Shown here: in pieces, positions 60,691-64,000 of the stretch
Layout of the letters: each line of letters starts with the position of its first letter
Position numbering within the stretch: position 1 is the stretch's first letter
Assembly: GCF_041146345.1 (NCBI RefSeq)
Contig: NW_027191413.1
Location: 372,001-436,000 of the forward strand
Direction: 5' to 3'
Length of the DNA: 64,000 nucleotides
DNA from: Neodothiora populina
Lineage: Eukaryota
Made by a program: the position numbers and the translations under genes
Notes under the pieces: model-generated
What the model was told of the DNA's origin: nothing
Database searches by the model: none
The model's input: the letters and a program-made list of their open reading frames with translations, nothing else

Positions 60691-61250
60691 GACGACAGGC
60701 ATAATTACATACAGCGGATATCATTGCGTGCGCTGTTCTTATTGTGAGCTCTGGAGGCTCCTTAATTAGTAGAGGAAATATATACCGATTTTCCTCGTCC
60801 TCGTCCTTCTGGTGGAAATATGTTGTGATCTTTCCTTTAGGAGCAAGCTTAGCCAGTTTGTTCTTCTTTCTCCTAGCTGCCTCTCGCTCCCGATTGTACA
60901 TTTTCTTCGCGGCGGTCTGCTCTGCAGTGAACTGAGGTTTGCAGCTGGGATCCACTCTTTCCCGTTCTTTGCGTCTTGCTCGTTCGTCTCGACGCTGTTT
61001 AGCGTTCTTAGCCTTACGATCGCGATCTTCCTCCTCAGTCAACATAGGAGGATTGAGCTTTCTTCCAGCCCTTTTTTTATCGCGGTGACGCTTTTGAGCA
61101 GCAGCCTGCGCAGCAAGTCTCTTCACCCTCTCCCCCGCAGACTCGTTATCCAAGCGTTTCAGCCAGTAAGCTGCGAAACTGGCCTTTTGGTGGGCCGTCT
61201 AATCTTCTGTAGCTCTTTTGTTGTAGTTTTGAACGACTCTCCTAGCAGTG
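60566..61250 (-). pseudogene. Lys/Arg-rich STPR-like repeat element, copy 4 (most intact)
   Basis: TARRVVQNYNKRATED*TAHQKASFAAYWLKRLDNESAGERVKRLAAQAAAQKRHRDKKRAGRKLNPPMLTEEEDRDRKAKNAKQRRDERARRKERE..RRKKNKLAK. No ATG start is evident and there is one in-frame TAG near 61200. Confidence 0.75.
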
Positions 61251-61874
61251 TCTTAGTCGGATGAAATGAAGCCAAGGCAACAGTAACATAACAACGAGAT
61301 CACACAATAGTAAGCTGGTAGCAAGCTGTAGTTAAGCCGAGCTGAACCATAACCGAAGTAAAAGGAAGATAGCAATCACATAGCAGCGAGGTCGCAATTG
61401 GGCCCGACTGAACCATATGCTCAATGAAAATGAGCCGGCGATGAAGGTGAAATAGCAAAGTCCGGCTCGCAAGCAAAGGTCTATCAGCTGTCGAAGTCAT
61501 GAATCACGTTAGAGCGTGGTGTACCATGTAAGGGAAGAAGTCATAATCAAAATGGCCAAGCTTCGTTGCCAGGACTTCACCTCTGCCTTTACTGTATGTT
61601 TGTGTCTATACCACAATTTTCCTAGCCTCAATATGCGGAACAAAGGAAGCATCTTTAGAAGGCTCTGGTTGGGACAGCAGAGGCACAACAGTATCACAGT
61701 CACGAGAATAGAACATAGTAATGTAGGAAATGTTTCCATTGTCTCATCAAGGCATATGCCCCATTGAATTTTCTAGAGGAAAATCTCTAGTCAAGGGCTA
61801 AAGGGAAAACATCATGACCGTGGTATCTCTTGTACAAAGACGACCAGCCTTTTTGCTAAACCACCTCAACCAAT

Positions 61875-63759
<1,885 letters not shown>

Positions 63760-64000
63760 GGTGACGGTGTTGGAATGTGATAGGAAGTTTAAGTTCAAGT
63801 GTTTGAGATTTCTGCAGAAAGATTAGTAGATGTAGGAAATGGATTCCTGCAGGCAAACCTCACTCAGAGTCGAATGCTTAACGATTCGAGGTATGAAGAC
63901 GGCGGGGAGAAGAGGGTTGTAGGGTGAGTAAAATATTTGTACCCCTCAGGTGCGTCGCTTGTGTGGCCAACGCTTGGCTTAGTCAAGGATTAGCGCCGAA

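Noticed and set aside
45500..61770. Starship, LTR retrotransposon or DDE transposon call for the island
   Set aside because: No captain recombinase, gag/pol or transposase motifs, and no identifiable TIRs or TSDs by eye.

Overview
Eukaryotic DNA from a filamentous ascomycete, judged by spliceosomal GT-AG introns with CTAAC/CTGAC branch sites and by gene content. Dothideomycete-like is my impression only. The first ~43 kb is mostly conserved housekeeping genes: RRP8, an NT-C2 protein, an SLS1-like protein, MDJ1, BRO1, PIM1/Lon, EFG1, a QIP/GFD2-type DEDDh exonuclease, an FHA-forkhead factor, EFR3 and MED15/GAL11. One F-box-like accessory gene sits among them. TEF1 closes the window. Between MED15 and TEF1 (~45.5-61.7 kb) is an accessory-looking island with lower GC at third codon positions. 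It carries a pepsin-fold membrane protein lacking catalytic motifs, a hybrid histidine kinase, a Gfo/Idh/MocA oxidoreductase and a broken orphan gene. The most unusual signal has two linked parts. (i) At least four dispersed, decaying copies of a Lys/Arg-rich ORF whose core (AAYW.KR..NE...ER..RLAA) resembles the STPR DNA-binding repeat. (ii) Many strictly phased but highly degenerate 11-bp tandem arrays (consensus ~TTCACTGCTTC / TTTACTAAGTC, plus a second family ~TTCATCGAGTA / GTCATTGACTA). These arrays flank those ORFs and the accessory genes but are not seen around the housekeeping genes. Together they look like an unannotated mobile or gene-shuffling element family with RIP-like damage. All calls are by eye; no database searches were run.
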